From contig CAZESR010000002.1 in assembly GCA_964515065.1 (NCBI GenBank), positions 3,419 through 67,418 of the forward strand: DNA of 64,000 nt. The letters run 5' to 3'. Each line of letters starts with the position of its first letter. The first letter of the stretch is position 1. Below the pieces are notes generated by a model. It had not been told where the DNA came from. It saw only the letters and a list, made by a program, of their open reading frames with translations, and made no database searches. Of this stretch, positions 52,022-63,027 are shown in pieces. This DNA is from an uncultured Piscirickettsiaceae bacterium. Its GTDB lineage: Bacteria > Pseudomonadota > Gammaproteobacteria > PS1 > Pseudothioglobaceae. Both the position numbers and the translations under genes were made by a program.

Positions 52022-54736
52022 TCAAGATGCTTTTAACACATCTACAGCAACAACCTTATATTCAGGGCATTTTGTTTCTTCATCTGTAACCCCACTTGTC
52101 ACCTCGTTAATCAATACTTCAGGAAAGTGGAATGTTGTTCGCACCACTCCTTTTTTAACTCTGTCAGTAACTTCAACATCAAGTGTAATTTGGCCTCGAT
52201 CGGACTTCAGTGTTGCACGATCACCAGATGCAAGGTCTTTAGCTTTTGCGTCTTTTGGATTAATCATAATGACATCTTTAGGAAGAATTTCAGCATTTGC
52301 AGTTCTTCTAGTCATTGTGGCACAGTTGTAATGCTGTAGTTCTCGACTCGTAGTCAAAATAAATGGATACTCATTTTTATGGGTAACGAGCTCCTCACTC
52401 TCTCTCCAGTCATAATAATGAAATTTACCCCTGCCACGCTTAAACTCACCAATGTGAAGAATTTGAGTATCCTCTCCTTGTTTATTAACAGGCCATTGAA
52501 GACCCATGGGATTTTCGCTTAAGGCCTCCCATGTAATTCCTTCAAAAAATGGGACTACACTTGCGACCTCTTTTAAAACCTCTCTTGCATCGTAATCAGG
52601 CTGGTCATAACCTAATTTACGCATCATCTCAACAATAATTTGTCCATCAGTTTTACAGCCCTCAAGCGGCGATACCGCAGCATTTACCTGCTGAACTCTT
52701 CTCTCTGCATTAGTAAAAGTTCCACTCTTTTCAAGAAAAGTGGCACCAGGCAAAACGACATCAGCCATCTTGGCTGTTTCACTCATAAATATTTCTTGAA
52801 CAACCAACAAATCAAGACTCTGCATTGCTTTAACAACATGATGTGTATTTGGATCAGTTTGCACTACGTCTTCGGCAAAAATCCACAAAGCTTTAACTGA
52901 TCCTTCTATAGCTCCATCAAACATTTCTGGAATCTTTTTTCCAGCAGTAGATGGAGTGGGAAGATTAAATTTATCTTGATAGTAGTCTTGAACCTCCTGT
53001 TGGTCCATCCACAAATAGCCTGGCCCATGATGTGGCTGGCAACCCATATCAGCGGCACCCTGAACATTGTTTTGACCACGCAGTGGATTCACGCCCACAC
53101 CTGGTCTACCAATATTACCTGTCATCATTGCTAGATTTGAAATCAACATAACTGTTTGAGAACCCTGGGAATGCTCAGTAACACCTAAACCATGAAACTC
53201 CATTGCATTTTTTGCGGTTGCATAGGCAATAGCAGCATCTTTAACTTGTTGCTTATCAAGTCCAGATATTTCTGCCATTTTGTCAACATCTAGCTCTTTG
53301 ATTTTTTCTATAAATTCAAGTCCTCCTTCGCACCTCTCCTCTATAAAGTCATAATCTACAAGGCCTGCTTCAACAATAAAATACTGAATCATATTTAAAA
53401 CTGCAACATTCGTACCAGGCTTTAATTGCAAGTGATAATCAGCTAAACGAGCAAGCTCAGTTCTCACTGGATCAATCACAATTAAAGTAGCCCCGGAAAG
53501 TGCCTGCTGTTTAATTTTTGCTCCAGTTACAGGATGCGCAGCAGTTGGATTTGCGCCAATAACTAGCATGAGATCAGCCAGAGGAATATCAGTAGCGGGG
53601 TTTGTTCCTGCGCCAGTTCCAAAGCTCTGCTGCATTCCCCAAGCAGTAGGAGAATGACAAACTCGAGCACAACAGTCAATGTTGTTTGTTCCAACTAATT
53701 GACGGATCATTTTTTGGAAGATAAAATTTTCTTCGTTAGAGCAGCGAGCAGATGAAATTCCTGCAATAGCATCAGAGCCATGCTCAGCCTTAATTGCTTC
53801 GAATTTATCTTTAATAAAATCTAACGCCTCATCCCAAGAGCAAGGCGTTAACTCCCCATTTTTTCTTATCAATGGTGTATTAAGCCTATCAGGGTGGTTA
53901 TAGAATTTAAATGCATATCGACCCTTCAGGCAAGTATGTCCAGAATTGATAGCATCTTGAGGTGCACGAATTGATAATACTTCATTGTTTTTTACTGCAA
54001 CTTCCAGATTACAACCAACTCCACAGTATGAACAAACGGTTCTCACCTTTTTATCTGCCTCAACAGATTTGGATTGGAATACATCTGAAATTGCTGATGT
54101 TGGACAGGTTTGAGCACAAGCGCCACAAGAAACACACGATGAATCTCCAAATAGCATGTCGTTATCGGTAGTAATACGAGATTCAAAACCTCTTCCAGTC
54201 ATGGTTAATGTAAACTGACCTTGCACCTCATCACAAGCACGAACACATCTTGAACAGTTGATACATTTGGATAGGTCCATACGCATATAAGCATGAGATA
54301 AATCCTTTTGTCGATCAAGATGGTTATCGCCTTTTGCATAACGAATTTTTCTAACTCCGACGCTCGCTGCGACATCTTGGAGCTCACAATTACCATTTAC
54401 CTCACAAGTTAAACACTCAGGCGGGTGGTCACTTAAAACTAGTTCAACAATGTTCCTACGAAGAGTTTTGATACTATTAGAATTAGTATAGATTCTCATA
54501 CCTGGGCTTATTGGAGTGTGACAAGAAGCAACAGTTCTTTTAGGGCCGTCATCGTTATATTGAACCTCAACAGAACAGACACGACATGCACCATAGGGTC
54601 TTAAATTATCGTCATCACAAAGGGTTGGGATTATCTTATCGCCCAATGCCTTGTTACTGAAATCTAAAATAGAAGTTGAGTCATCAAATGGAAATTCGAC
54701 ACCATCAATAAATACACCTTGATTATTATCTGACAT
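52022..54736 (-). CDS. fdhF: NAD-linked Mo/W formate dehydrogenase alpha subunit (FdsA/FdhF-like, Cys form)
   Basis: N-terminal Fe-S clusters (CRVC, CINCSRC, CVSCGAC), CSYCGVGC, CARVCH active site, LRGQNNVQG. Confidence 0.93.
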   Translation of the reverse strand: MSDNNQGVFIDGVEFPFDDSTSILDFSNKALGDKIIPTLCDDDNLRPYGACRVCSVEVQYNDDGPKRTVASCHTPISPGMRIYTNSNSIKTLRRNIVELVLSDHPPECLTCEVNGNCELQDVAASVGVRKIRYAKGDNHLDRQKDLSHAYMRMDLSKCINCSRCVRACDEVQGQFTLTMTGRGFESRITTDNDMLFGDSSCVSCGACAQTCPTSAISDVFQSKSVEADKKVRTVCSYCGVGCNLEVAVKNNEVLSIRAPQDAINSGHTCLKGRYAFKFYNHPDRLNTPLIRKNGELTPCSWDEALDFIKDKFEAIKAEHGSDAIAGISSARCSNEENFIFQKMIRQLVGTNNIDCCARVCHSPTAWGMQQSFGTGAGTNPATDIPLADLMLVIGANPTAAHPVTGAKIKQQALSGATLIVIDPVRTELARLADYHLQLKPGTNVAVLNMIQYFIVEAGLVDYDFIEERCEGGLEFIEKIKELDVDKMAEISGLDKQQVKDAAIAYATAKNAMEFHGLGVTEHSQGSQTVMLISNLAMMTGNIGRPGVGVNPLRGQNNVQGAADMGCQPHHGPGYLWMDQQEVQDYYQDKFNLPTPSTAGKKIPEMFDGAIEGSVKALWIFAEDVVQTDPNTHHVVKAMQSLDLLVVQEIFMSETAKMADVVLPGATFLEKSGTFTNAERRVQQVNAAVSPLEGCKTDGQIIVEMMRKLGYDQPDYDAREVLKEVASVVPFFEGITWEALSENPMGLQWPVNKQGEDTQILHIGEFKRGRGKFHYYDWRESEELVTHKNEYPFILTTSRELQHYNCATMTRRTANAEILPKDVIMINPKDAKAKDLASGDRATLKSDRGQITLDVEVTDRVKKGVVRTTFHFPEVLINEVTSGVTDEETKCPEYKVVAVDVLKAS

Positions 54737-54737
54737 A

Positions 54738-56378
54738 TTATTTCTCCATCATCGGTTGAAACTCGTCACTACAGTGCTCGAGTAAATTTTTAATAGCGAG
54801 AGGCAGGCCACCACCTAATGCACATAGAGAGCCTACTTCCATTGTTTCTAATAAGTCATGTATTAATTCTTCTGAGAATTTTTGAGTTCCATCTAAAGCC
54901 GAACCCAGCATTTCTTTTCCACGAGTCGAACCTAAGCGGCATGGAAAACATTTTCCACATGACTCGTGAGCAGTAAATGCAAACAAATGTTTTGCATATT
55001 CTACTGCAGAAAACGATCTAGGGATACAAACAAAACTTGCATGGCCGAGGAGAAATCCAGCTTCAGCAAAAACCTCAAAATCTAAAGTCAAAGATCTCAA
55101 AATATCGACTGGAACAATCCCTCCCAGTGGTCCACCAATCTGAATGGCCTTTATGTCCTCATTAAATCCACCACCAATATCATCAATAATGAAACCTAAC
55201 GGAGTTCCAAGGTCAACCTCATAAAGCCCCGGATTATTAAAATGGCCATCAAGTGAAATCAGCTTGGTTCCTAAGGATCTACCATCTCCAATGGCCTTAT
55301 AAGACTCGCTTCCATGCTTGAAAATAGCTGCAACTGCAGCCAAACTTTCTACATTGTTAACAACAGTTGGTTTTTTATATAAACCTTCTACGACAGGAAA
55401 TGGTGGCCTAACATCAACCTCAGCACGACGCCCTTCTATTGAGGCAATAAGAGCTGTCTCTTCACCACAGATATATGCACCTTGGCCCTCAACAACATTC
55501 ATATCAAAGTCAAACCCACTGCCTAAAATGTTATCACCTAAAAGATTCAGCTCTCTTAACTTTGATAAAGTTTCATTTGTAATATCAATCGACTCAGGAT
55601 ACTCACCTCGAATATACATGAAGCCCTGCTTTGAACCAATAATGTATCCACAGACAACCATACCAAATAAAACCTTAAGGGCTTGCTCTTCAAGCAAATA
55701 TCTATCAGAGTAGGCGCCAGGATCTCCTTCGTCAGCATTACAAACCACGTACTTTGCTATGGCTTCTTGATCTTTACAAAACTCCCATTTCATACCAGTT
55801 GGAAAACCTGCGCCACCTCTTCCTCTTAACCCAGAATCTTTTAGACTATTGATTAGGTCATTTTTGTCAGATTTAAAACAAGTCTGAAGCAAATCTCTAA
55901 AATCCTCATAAGTAGAAAATACCTCATCCTCAACCAAAAAAGAGATATCAGAGAAGGACTTCATTGTATACGGGGCGCTCTTATGATTGCCAGATAAAAT
56001 ACCGTCTAGTTGGTTAATATCATCACCAGAGTAGTTCTCACCATCGTAATAAAATGCGCTATTTTCATAACATCTTCCCAAACAAATCATCTCACCAACG
56101 CTATCTTCACCAAGCTTACTCTTGAGTTTTTGAGTGACGTTTTCCTGTGTACCTCTACACATACAAGCACTGCCAGTACAAACATAAGCTTTTTTATTTT
56201 TAAAATCTTCGCTTAAAAAATCATAAAAACTCTTTGTACTATGAATTGTTGAAACACCCAGATTATATTCACCCGCAAGCTGTGCATCACTGGTTTCATT
56301 TGGGCTAACTGATATTTTGCCAAATAAACTGTTTTTATCGTCTTTCTTTCCAGACAGTAAGCTAATATTTCTAGACAT
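54738..56378 (-). CDS. FDH beta (NuoF-like FMN/NAD) subunit with N-terminal NuoE-like 2Fe-2S domain
   Basis: CTGSAC...CLGRC, then GRGGAGFPTG, NADEGDPG, GAYICGEET, SCGKCFPCR. Confidence 0.9.
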   Translation of the reverse strand: MSRNISLLSGKKDDKNSLFGKISVSPNETSDAQLAGEYNLGVSTIHSTKSFYDFLSEDFKNKKAYVCTGSACMCRGTQENVTQKLKSKLGEDSVGEMICLGRCYENSAFYYDGENYSGDDINQLDGILSGNHKSAPYTMKSFSDISFLVEDEVFSTYEDFRDLLQTCFKSDKNDLINSLKDSGLRGRGGAGFPTGMKWEFCKDQEAIAKYVVCNADEGDPGAYSDRYLLEEQALKVLFGMVVCGYIIGSKQGFMYIRGEYPESIDITNETLSKLRELNLLGDNILGSGFDFDMNVVEGQGAYICGEETALIASIEGRRAEVDVRPPFPVVEGLYKKPTVVNNVESLAAVAAIFKHGSESYKAIGDGRSLGTKLISLDGHFNNPGLYEVDLGTPLGFIIDDIGGGFNEDIKAIQIGGPLGGIVPVDILRSLTLDFEVFAEAGFLLGHASFVCIPRSFSAVEYAKHLFAFTAHESCGKCFPCRLGSTRGKEMLGSALDGTQKFSEELIHDLLETMEVGSLCALGGGLPLAIKNLLEHCSDEFQPMMEK

Positions 56379-57239
56379 TTATTCTCCGAAATTTTCACTG
56401 ATACGCCAGTTACCAGTGTAGATATTATATTTATTTTTCTTAATAAAACCAATTAATGTGATGTCAAATTTTTTAGCTAAATCAAGAGCCAATGAGGTTG
56501 GAGCCCCTATTCCAACTATCATTCCAATACCAGACATAACTGCTTTTTGAATAATGTCGAAGCCCAAACGACCTGAGCACATCACAAACTGTTCAATTGG
56601 CTTCAACATATCATTGCAACGAACATGGCCAATTAATTTGTCAAGAGCATTATGCCTTCCAACATCTTCAGCCAAATGCAAAACTTCTCCTTTTTCTGAG
56701 AGTAGCGCACTAGCGTGAACACCTCCTGTATTGGCAAATTGATATTGCTCAGTCTTAAGAATATTAGGTAGTTTAGTAATTAAACCAATATTCACAATTG
56801 GGCCCTCTTTACTAATTTTAGGCTCAAAAGCAATTTCAATAGCATTGAGTGTTCCCTTACCGCAAACACCACAACTAGAATTCACCAAAAAATGCCTTTG
56901 AAGACTCTTCAAGTCCAACTGATTGCCTTTAGACAAAGTCACTACTAGAGAATTATCAACATCATATTTGCCTTTATTTTTTCCTTTAACCTCTATCAAG
57001 TCAATTGCACTTTTATCCTGAATAATCCCTTCAGAGAATAAAAGTCCGCTGACCAAATTTGTATCATCACCAGGTGTTCTCATAGTGACCATGAGTGGTT
57101 CGATAACCCATTCGTTATCTTTAAAATATCTAACGATTATCTCAAGTGGCTCTTCAATTGCAACACAATCACTAGAGTTATCACGAGTTAAACCGTCTAC
57201 TCTATGGATCTCATAGTTAACCGATCCGTCAGCCTTCAT
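56379..57239 (-). CDS. fdhD: Formate dehydrogenase accessory sulfurtransferase
   Basis: EEPL, MRTPG, SSCGVCG, TGGVH, EDVGRHNALDK. Confidence 0.95.
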   Translation of the reverse strand: MKADGSVNYEIHRVDGLTRDNSSDCVAIEEPLEIIVRYFKDNEWVIEPLMVTMRTPGDDTNLVSGLLFSEGIIQDKSAIDLIEVKGKNKGKYDVDNSLVVTLSKGNQLDLKSLQRHFLVNSSCGVCGKGTLNAIEIAFEPKISKEGPIVNIGLITKLPNILKTEQYQFANTGGVHASALLSEKGEVLHLAEDVGRHNALDKLIGHVRCNDMLKPIEQFVMCSGRLGFDIIQKAVMSGIGMIVGIGAPTSLALDLAKKFDITLIGFIKKNKYNIYTGNWRISENFGE

Positions 57240-57242
57240 AAT

Positions 57243-58922
57243 CTAAAACAATCCTTGAACCAAACCATCCTTATCTAAATGAATTTTATCTGCAGCTGGA
57301 ACTCTAGGTAGACCTGGCATTGTCATAATTGCACCACATACGACCACTACAAACTCTGCGCCCGCTGATAACCTAACTTCTCTAATTGAAAGAGAGTGGC
57401 CCGAAGGAGCTCCTAATAGCTGAGGATCTGTAGAAAAACTATATTGAGTTTTAGCAATACAAACTGGGAGATTGCCAAAGCCATTATCTTGAAACCAGTT
57501 GAGCTTATCTCTGACTACTTTATCCGCCATGACATCATCAGCCTGATAAAGTGTTTTAGCAATTGTCTCAACCTTTTCTAGTAATGGCAACTCGTCGTCA
57601 TACAAGGTTTTAAATTGAGATGCACCTGAATCAGCTAATTTAGCGACTTTTTCAGCTAAATCAATCGCCCCATCACCGCCATGCTCCCAGTGACTTGTAA
57701 CACTCACATCAACATTAAACTGCTCGCAGTAATCTCTAATTGCTTGAAATTCAGCCTCGGTATCAGATACAAACTTATTGATACCAACAACCATTGGAAC
57801 GCCAAACTGGCTTAAGTTGCGTATGTGTCTACCTAGGTTTGAACAGCCAGCTACGAGAGCTTCGACATTTTCTCTGTTTAAATCTTCTTTTGCCACTCCG
57901 CCTTGATGTTTTAGAGCTCTTACAGTTGCAACCAGCACAACTGCATCAGGCGCAAGTTCCGCTTTACGACACTTAATATCAAAGAATTTTTCAGCACCTA
58001 AATCTGCACCAAAACCAGCCTCAGTAACAACATAATCAGACAACTTCAGTGCGGTCTTTGTTGCTATAACCGAATTACAACCATGCGCTATGTTTGCAAA
58101 AGGACCTCCGTGTATTAGCGCCGGATTACCCTCCAGAGTCTGAACAAGGTTCGGTCTAAATGCATCCTTAAGAAGAACAGTCATTGCTTTGTGTGCATTA
58201 ATTTGTTTTGCTCTGACTGGTTTCATCTCTCGCGTATAGGCAATAATAATATTTCCAAGTCTTTTCTCTAGCTCTTTTAAATTCTGAGATAGGCAAAAAA
58301 TAGCCATAACCTCAGATGCAACTGTGATGTCAAAGCCGTCCTCTCTTGGATATCCATTTGTCGATCCACCCAATGAAGAAGTAATTGTTCGAAGAGACCT
58401 ATCATTCATATCAACAACTCTTCGAAACGCAACTTTTCTACTGTCAATCTTATTAGAGTTACCCCAATAAATATGATTATCTATCATTGCTGCGAGAAGG
58501 CTATGAGCAGAGGTAATGGCGTGGAAGTCGCCTGTAAAGTGTAGATTAATATCTTCCATTGGTATCACTTGGGCATGACCACCTCCAGCTGCGCCGCCCT
58601 TCATTCCAAAACATGGGCCCAAACTTGGCTCACGAAGACAGACCGTTGTCTGCTTACCAATTTTATTTAAACCATCAGTAAGACCTACTGAAGTCGTTGT
58701 CTTTCCTTCACCAGCAGGCGTAGGAGTAACGGCGGTTACGAGAATAAGTTTTCCATCCTTATTTTTTTGAACACTATCAATCGCATTCCATGAAATCTTT
58801 GCCTTGTCATGCCCAAAGGGGACTAGGTCTTCCTTGTTGATATTGAGTTTTGCTCCAATGTCATTTATGTGTTCGCCAGAAACTTCTCTAGCAATATCAA
58901 TATCCGTTTTATACTCGCTCAT
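57243..58922 (-). CDS. fhs: Formate--tetrahydrofolate ligase
   Basis: [42 protein letters not shown]. Confidence 0.98.
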   Translation of the reverse strand: MSEYKTDIDIAREVSGEHINDIGAKLNINKEDLVPFGHDKAKISWNAIDSVQKNKDGKLILVTAVTPTPAGEGKTTTSVGLTDGLNKIGKQTTVCLREPSLGPCFGMKGGAAGGGHAQVIPMEDINLHFTGDFHAITSAHSLLAAMIDNHIYWGNSNKIDSRKVAFRRVVDMNDRSLRTITSSLGGSTNGYPREDGFDITVASEVMAIFCLSQNLKELEKRLGNIIIAYTREMKPVRAKQINAHKAMTVLLKDAFRPNLVQTLEGNPALIHGGPFANIAHGCNSVIATKTALKLSDYVVTEAGFGADLGAEKFFDIKCRKAELAPDAVVLVATVRALKHQGGVAKEDLNRENVEALVAGCSNLGRHIRNLSQFGVPMVVGINKFVSDTEAEFQAIRDYCEQFNVDVSVTSHWEHGGDGAIDLAEKVAKLADSGASQFKTLYDDELPLLEKVETIAKTLYQADDVMADKVVRDKLNWFQDNGFGNLPVCIAKTQYSFSTDPQLLGAPSGHSLSIREVRLSAGAEFVVVVCGAIMTMPGLPRVPAADKIHLDKDGLVQGLF

Positions 58923-59115
58923 TTCTTCTCCTAATTGCGCTATATATCATAAAATAAAGAAACTAATCCATTGCCACTAAAATTTAATTTGTGACATTCG
59001 ACTTAATTTCAGCGTAAGATTTTTTAGTCTAGATATTATCTTACAAATTCAATACACTATTAGTAATTAAATTCATAACAGCTTGAATTTTAATAAATGC
59101 TAAGTCACAGTGATT

Positions 59116-60645
59116 CTAGATATTTGAGTCTTCAAAGCTGTCCTTGCGTTCCTTAATGTAGGCTAGCAATGCTTCATCAATCTCCGGGGCAAGAGGAGGG
59201 AGTTCATACTCTGCAAGCATTTTTTTATAAATACCATTTGCAATAGTTGCTGTATCTCTTGAACCATCCTGAACCCATTGTTCAAAACTGTTATCATCAA
59301 GAACATCTGACATATAAAAAGCAGTTTTAAAGTTTTTCTTAGTGTGTTCACAGCCCAAAAAGTGGGACTGAGGGCCTACTTCTTTTATGGCGTCCATTGC
59401 TTGACCATTTTCACTCATATCAATGCCCTCTACCGAAACTCTCATCATTCCCGCTTGATCTGCATCCATTATGAATTTCTCATAGCTCATACATAACCCC
59501 CCCTCAAGCCAACCAGCAGTATGAAGATTAAAATTAACACTTGAATTAATGGTTGCTTGCATTGTATTTGCTGATTCATATCCTGCTTGCGCATCTGGCA
59601 TTTTTGCAGCATTAAATCCTCCACCACTTCTAAATGGAACGCCTAGCCTTCTCGCAAGCGATCCAGCAATATTCATCATATGTCCAGCTTCAGGAGTTCC
59701 AAAGTTTGGTGCCCCTGACTTCATTGACATCGCAGTAACAAAATTGCCGTATACAACTGGTGCGCCAGGTCTAATGAGCTGAGCAAATGCCATACCCGCC
59801 ATACCCTCTGCAAGACTTTGAGCAGCGACACCAGCTGCTGTTGTTGGAGCCATAGCGCCAGCAACGATAAATGGAGTTATGATGGTTGCCTGATTGTTTC
59901 TTGCGTAAACCTTAAGTGCTCCTAACATCGTTGCATCGAAAGACATTGGCGAACTTGCATTAATTAAACTAATCAAAACACAGTTCTTATCAACAAATTC
60001 ATCTCCAAATACAATCTTAACCATGTTGACTGTATCTTGTGCTCTCTCAGACGCGGTCACAGAACCCATAAAGGCTTTATCTGAATATTTAATATGACTG
60101 TAAACCATATCAAAATGACGCTTGTTAACAGGCAAATCAACAGGTTCACAAATTGTACCGCCAGAATGATGAAGATTATCTGACATGTAGGCTAACTTAA
60201 CAAAATTTCTGAAATCTTCTATCGTTGCATAGCGTCTTCCCTCATCAAGATCATGGACAAATGGAGGCCCGTAGGCAGGAACCAGAACCATATTATCACC
60301 ACCAATTTCAATACTTCTCTCAGAATTTCTAGCATGTTGCGTAAACTGCTTGGGGGCAGACTCTTGTATTATCTTTCTGCACATACCTCTTGGAAACCTT
60401 ACTCGTTCACCATCGATACTTGCGCCTGCAGCCTCCAATATATCTAAAGCCTCTTGGTCTTCAGAAAAAACAATTCCAATCTCTTCTAGAATTGTATCTG
60501 CATTTTCTTCGATAATGCTTAGTTCGTCATCACCTAAAATGCTGTAGTGAGGAATTTTTCTTTTAATATATGCTGGCGCCTTAGGAACCTCTTGAGCATC
60601 TGATTCGTTAGCTAATTTTCTTCTTCTTCGTCTCTCTCTGGCCAC
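59116..60645 (-). CDS. Non-pyrrolysine MttB-family methyltransferase (MtgB-like)
   Basis: PAYGPPF, CEPVD, PFIVAGAMAP, GTPE, DAQAGYE, AGWLEGGL. No in-frame amber codon; GTG start with SD. Confidence 0.9.
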   Translation of the reverse strand: MARERRRRRKLANESDAQEVPKAPAYIKRKIPHYSILGDDELSIIEENADTILEEIGIVFSEDQEALDILEAAGASIDGERVRFPRGMCRKIIQESAPKQFTQHARNSERSIEIGGDNMVLVPAYGPPFVHDLDEGRRYATIEDFRNFVKLAYMSDNLHHSGGTICEPVDLPVNKRHFDMVYSHIKYSDKAFMGSVTASERAQDTVNMVKIVFGDEFVDKNCVLISLINASSPMSFDATMLGALKVYARNNQATIITPFIVAGAMAPTTAAGVAAQSLAEGMAGMAFAQLIRPGAPVVYGNFVTAMSMKSGAPNFGTPEAGHMMNIAGSLARRLGVPFRSGGGFNAAKMPDAQAGYESANTMQATINSSVNFNLHTAGWLEGGLCMSYEKFIMDADQAGMMRVSVEGIDMSENGQAMDAIKEVGPQSHFLGCEHTKKNFKTAFYMSDVLDDNSFEQWVQDGSRDTATIANGIYKKMLAEYELPPLAPEIDEALLAYIKERKDSFEDSNI

Positions 60646-60668
60646 TATAAAATCTCCTCTGAAAACAT

Positions 60669-62609
60669 TTAAGATACTCTCCTTCTACCCCTGGCTCTAT
60701 TTATTTTTTGTTCTTTGACTGGGGATACGCTAAACTTCATTGCATCAACAAAATACTCTTGAAATTTTGACTCTGTAGCGGTTTCAATTTTTACTACTTT
60801 TTCTACAGCATCTATAATTATCTTTCTTTTATTCACATCCAATAATGCTGCACTTGCGCCAACGCCAGCAGCATTTCCCACTGAAATTATTTTCTCAGCG
60901 GTTGAGGTTGGAATAATATCCAGAAGAGCAACGTATCTTGGATCTAAGTGAGCTCCAAAAGCGCCAGCCAATAAAACTTTATCAAACTCTTCACAATCAA
61001 GATAGTCCATTAAGATTGATACTCCAGCAGATAACGCTGCTTTAGCCAATTGAATCGAACGTATATCAACTTGCTCAATATAAATCGATTTATCTCCTTG
61101 ATCTACAAGTAAAAATCTCGTTGTATTTCCTTTTTTTGAAAACAGGTCTGGCGCTTTAGATTTTACAAAAAGCCCACTCTGATCGATTATTCCAGCTTCT
61201 GCGAAAGCTACTATAGCTTCAATAATTCCACTTCCACAAATTCCAACCGCCTTCATTTGAACTAATTCATAATCAGGTTCATCTGACCAAGCATCACAAC
61301 CAATTACTTTGAAGCGAACCTTTAAAGTCTCTTTATCTATTCTGACTCTCTCAATCGCCCCATAAGTTGCCCTCACTCCAGAGCTTATTTCAGCACCTTC
61401 AAATGCAGGGCCAGTTGGTGATGATGTCGCATAAACTTTGCCGTTTTTAGAGAGCATTATTTCTGCATTTGTACCAATATCAACCAACAAAGCAGTTTCT
61501 GATTGCATAATTTCCATTTGACTCAGATATGCGGCTGCAGTATCAGCTCCTACATGCCCTGCAATCAAAGGTAAAAATGATAATCTGGTTTTTGGATAAA
61601 GGTCAAAACCTAAATCTTTTGCATCAACATCAAGCCACTCTCTAATCGATAATGTGAACGGTGCTTGGCCTAATCCAACAGGTGAAATTCCAAAAAAGAT
61701 ATGATGCATAATTGGATTTCCAACCAAAACAACTTCTAGCAACTTGTTTGACTCAATTTCTAGATTTTCACAAGCATCATGAAGCATTTCGGTGATTTTT
61801 GTTCTAACTGCAATGGTTAATTTTTCATCTCCTCCTTTGTTCATCATTACATATGAAACTCTACTCATTAAATCCTCGCCAAAACGAATTTGTGGATTCA
61901 TTGCAGAGGACTCATAAAGCAATTTACCATCTTTTAAATCATAGACATATAGCGCCAAGGTTGTAGAGCCAATATCTATTGCCGCACCCAATACTTGATT
62001 ATTGCCTTGGGGATATATAGCTACAATTTGGCTTTTATCTCTAATTGCAACAGTAAGATTTCCTTTCGCTTCATGAATAAGTGGTTGTAACTCTCTTAGC
62101 AAACTAAAATCAATGTTGGCAGTAATTCCTTGCCTTGCAATTTGCGCAATAAGGTTTTCTGAAGCAGAAGGGTTTTTATCTAACGTTGCCTCTTCAAGAG
62201 TGCAATTAACAAGAGTTATTGAGCTTGCAATTGAGTAATTCTGAGCTTTATTTTTTTTGCTTATATAAGCTTTATGCTCTTGACTCTCCTCTGGAACATC
62301 GATTACTAAGTCGCCTTGAATACAAGATTGACATGCCAATCTTTTACCTTTATAGGAAGGATTGTCGACTATTAACTGTCTTTCAAGTCTCGTTAGAGCG
62401 CTAACATTTTCAGGTTCACACTTAACGCCAAATTTTGGATGCTCTCCTTCAGAAACTTCAATCCAGCATTGGTGACATTGACCATAACCTCCACATAACG
62501 AGCGAATCGCAACCCCGGCATCCTGAGCAACTTGTAACAAAGTGTTGCCAAATTCGCCTTTAAATTGACGACCCGAAGGGGTAAAGCATACTTGAAAATT
62601 ATCTTCCAT
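60669..62609 (-). CDS. ASKHA-type ATP-dependent reductive activator of corrinoid proteins (RACo/DUF4445) with 2Fe-2S domain
   Basis: CGGYGQCHQC..RLACQ, DIGSTT, GEDLMSR, DIGTNAE, GPAFEG, GICGSG, AGAFG. Confidence 0.9.
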   Translation of the reverse strand: MEDNFQVCFTPSGRQFKGEFGNTLLQVAQDAGVAIRSLCGGYGQCHQCWIEVSEGEHPKFGVKCEPENVSALTRLERQLIVDNPSYKGKRLACQSCIQGDLVIDVPEESQEHKAYISKKNKAQNYSIASSITLVNCTLEEATLDKNPSASENLIAQIARQGITANIDFSLLRELQPLIHEAKGNLTVAIRDKSQIVAIYPQGNNQVLGAAIDIGSTTLALYVYDLKDGKLLYESSAMNPQIRFGEDLMSRVSYVMMNKGGDEKLTIAVRTKITEMLHDACENLEIESNKLLEVVLVGNPIMHHIFFGISPVGLGQAPFTLSIREWLDVDAKDLGFDLYPKTRLSFLPLIAGHVGADTAAAYLSQMEIMQSETALLVDIGTNAEIMLSKNGKVYATSSPTGPAFEGAEISSGVRATYGAIERVRIDKETLKVRFKVIGCDAWSDEPDYELVQMKAVGICGSGIIEAIVAFAEAGIIDQSGLFVKSKAPDLFSKKGNTTRFLLVDQGDKSIYIEQVDIRSIQLAKAALSAGVSILMDYLDCEEFDKVLLAGAFGAHLDPRYVALLDIIPTSTAEKIISVGNAAGVGASAALLDVNKRKIIIDAVEKVVKIETATESKFQEYFVDAMKFSVSPVKEQKINRARGRRRVS

Positions 62610-62620
62610 CTTTGCTGTTC

Positions 62621-63025
62621 TTAATCAATGTTACTATCGCCATAACCTCTGCTTTGTGGCTCATCAAAATTAATATTGTAATAACATCCCTTCTCTTCAA
62701 TAAAAATATGGTGCCAAATCTTTAAGTCCTTTGAATCATCTAAGCTTCCTGCAGTAACGCTTATTGTTGACTTATTGTCATTTTGCCAAAACATATTGGC
62801 ACCACAATTATCACAAAAGCCATGTCTCGAGCCTTCATGAGTATAAAACCACTTTATCTTACCCTTGATTTTGATATCATCCCTATTAACTTGAGATGCA
62901 GCCATGTAATGCCCTGTCATTTTTCGACATTGATCACAGTGGCAATAGGAAATATCATTCAAATCATAAGCTATATAGGTTGTCTGCCCACAAACACAAG
63001 AGCCTTTATACTCAACACTCGACAT
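62621..63025 (-). CDS. GFA/CENP-V family Zn protein
   Basis: GSCVCG, CHCDQCRK, FCDNCG. Confidence 0.88.
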   Translation of the reverse strand: MSSVEYKGSCVCGQTTYIAYDLNDISYCHCDQCRKMTGHYMAASQVNRDDIKIKGKIKWFYTHEGSRHGFCDNCGANMFWQNDNKSTISVTAGSLDDSKDLKIWHHIFIEEKGCYYNINFDEPQSRGYGDSNID

Positions 63026-63027
63026 AT

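Noticed and set aside
59116-60645. Pyrrolysine or selenocysteine recoding in MttB or FDH
   Set aside because: MttB has no in-frame TAG, and the FDH active site reads CARVCH with ordinary Cys.
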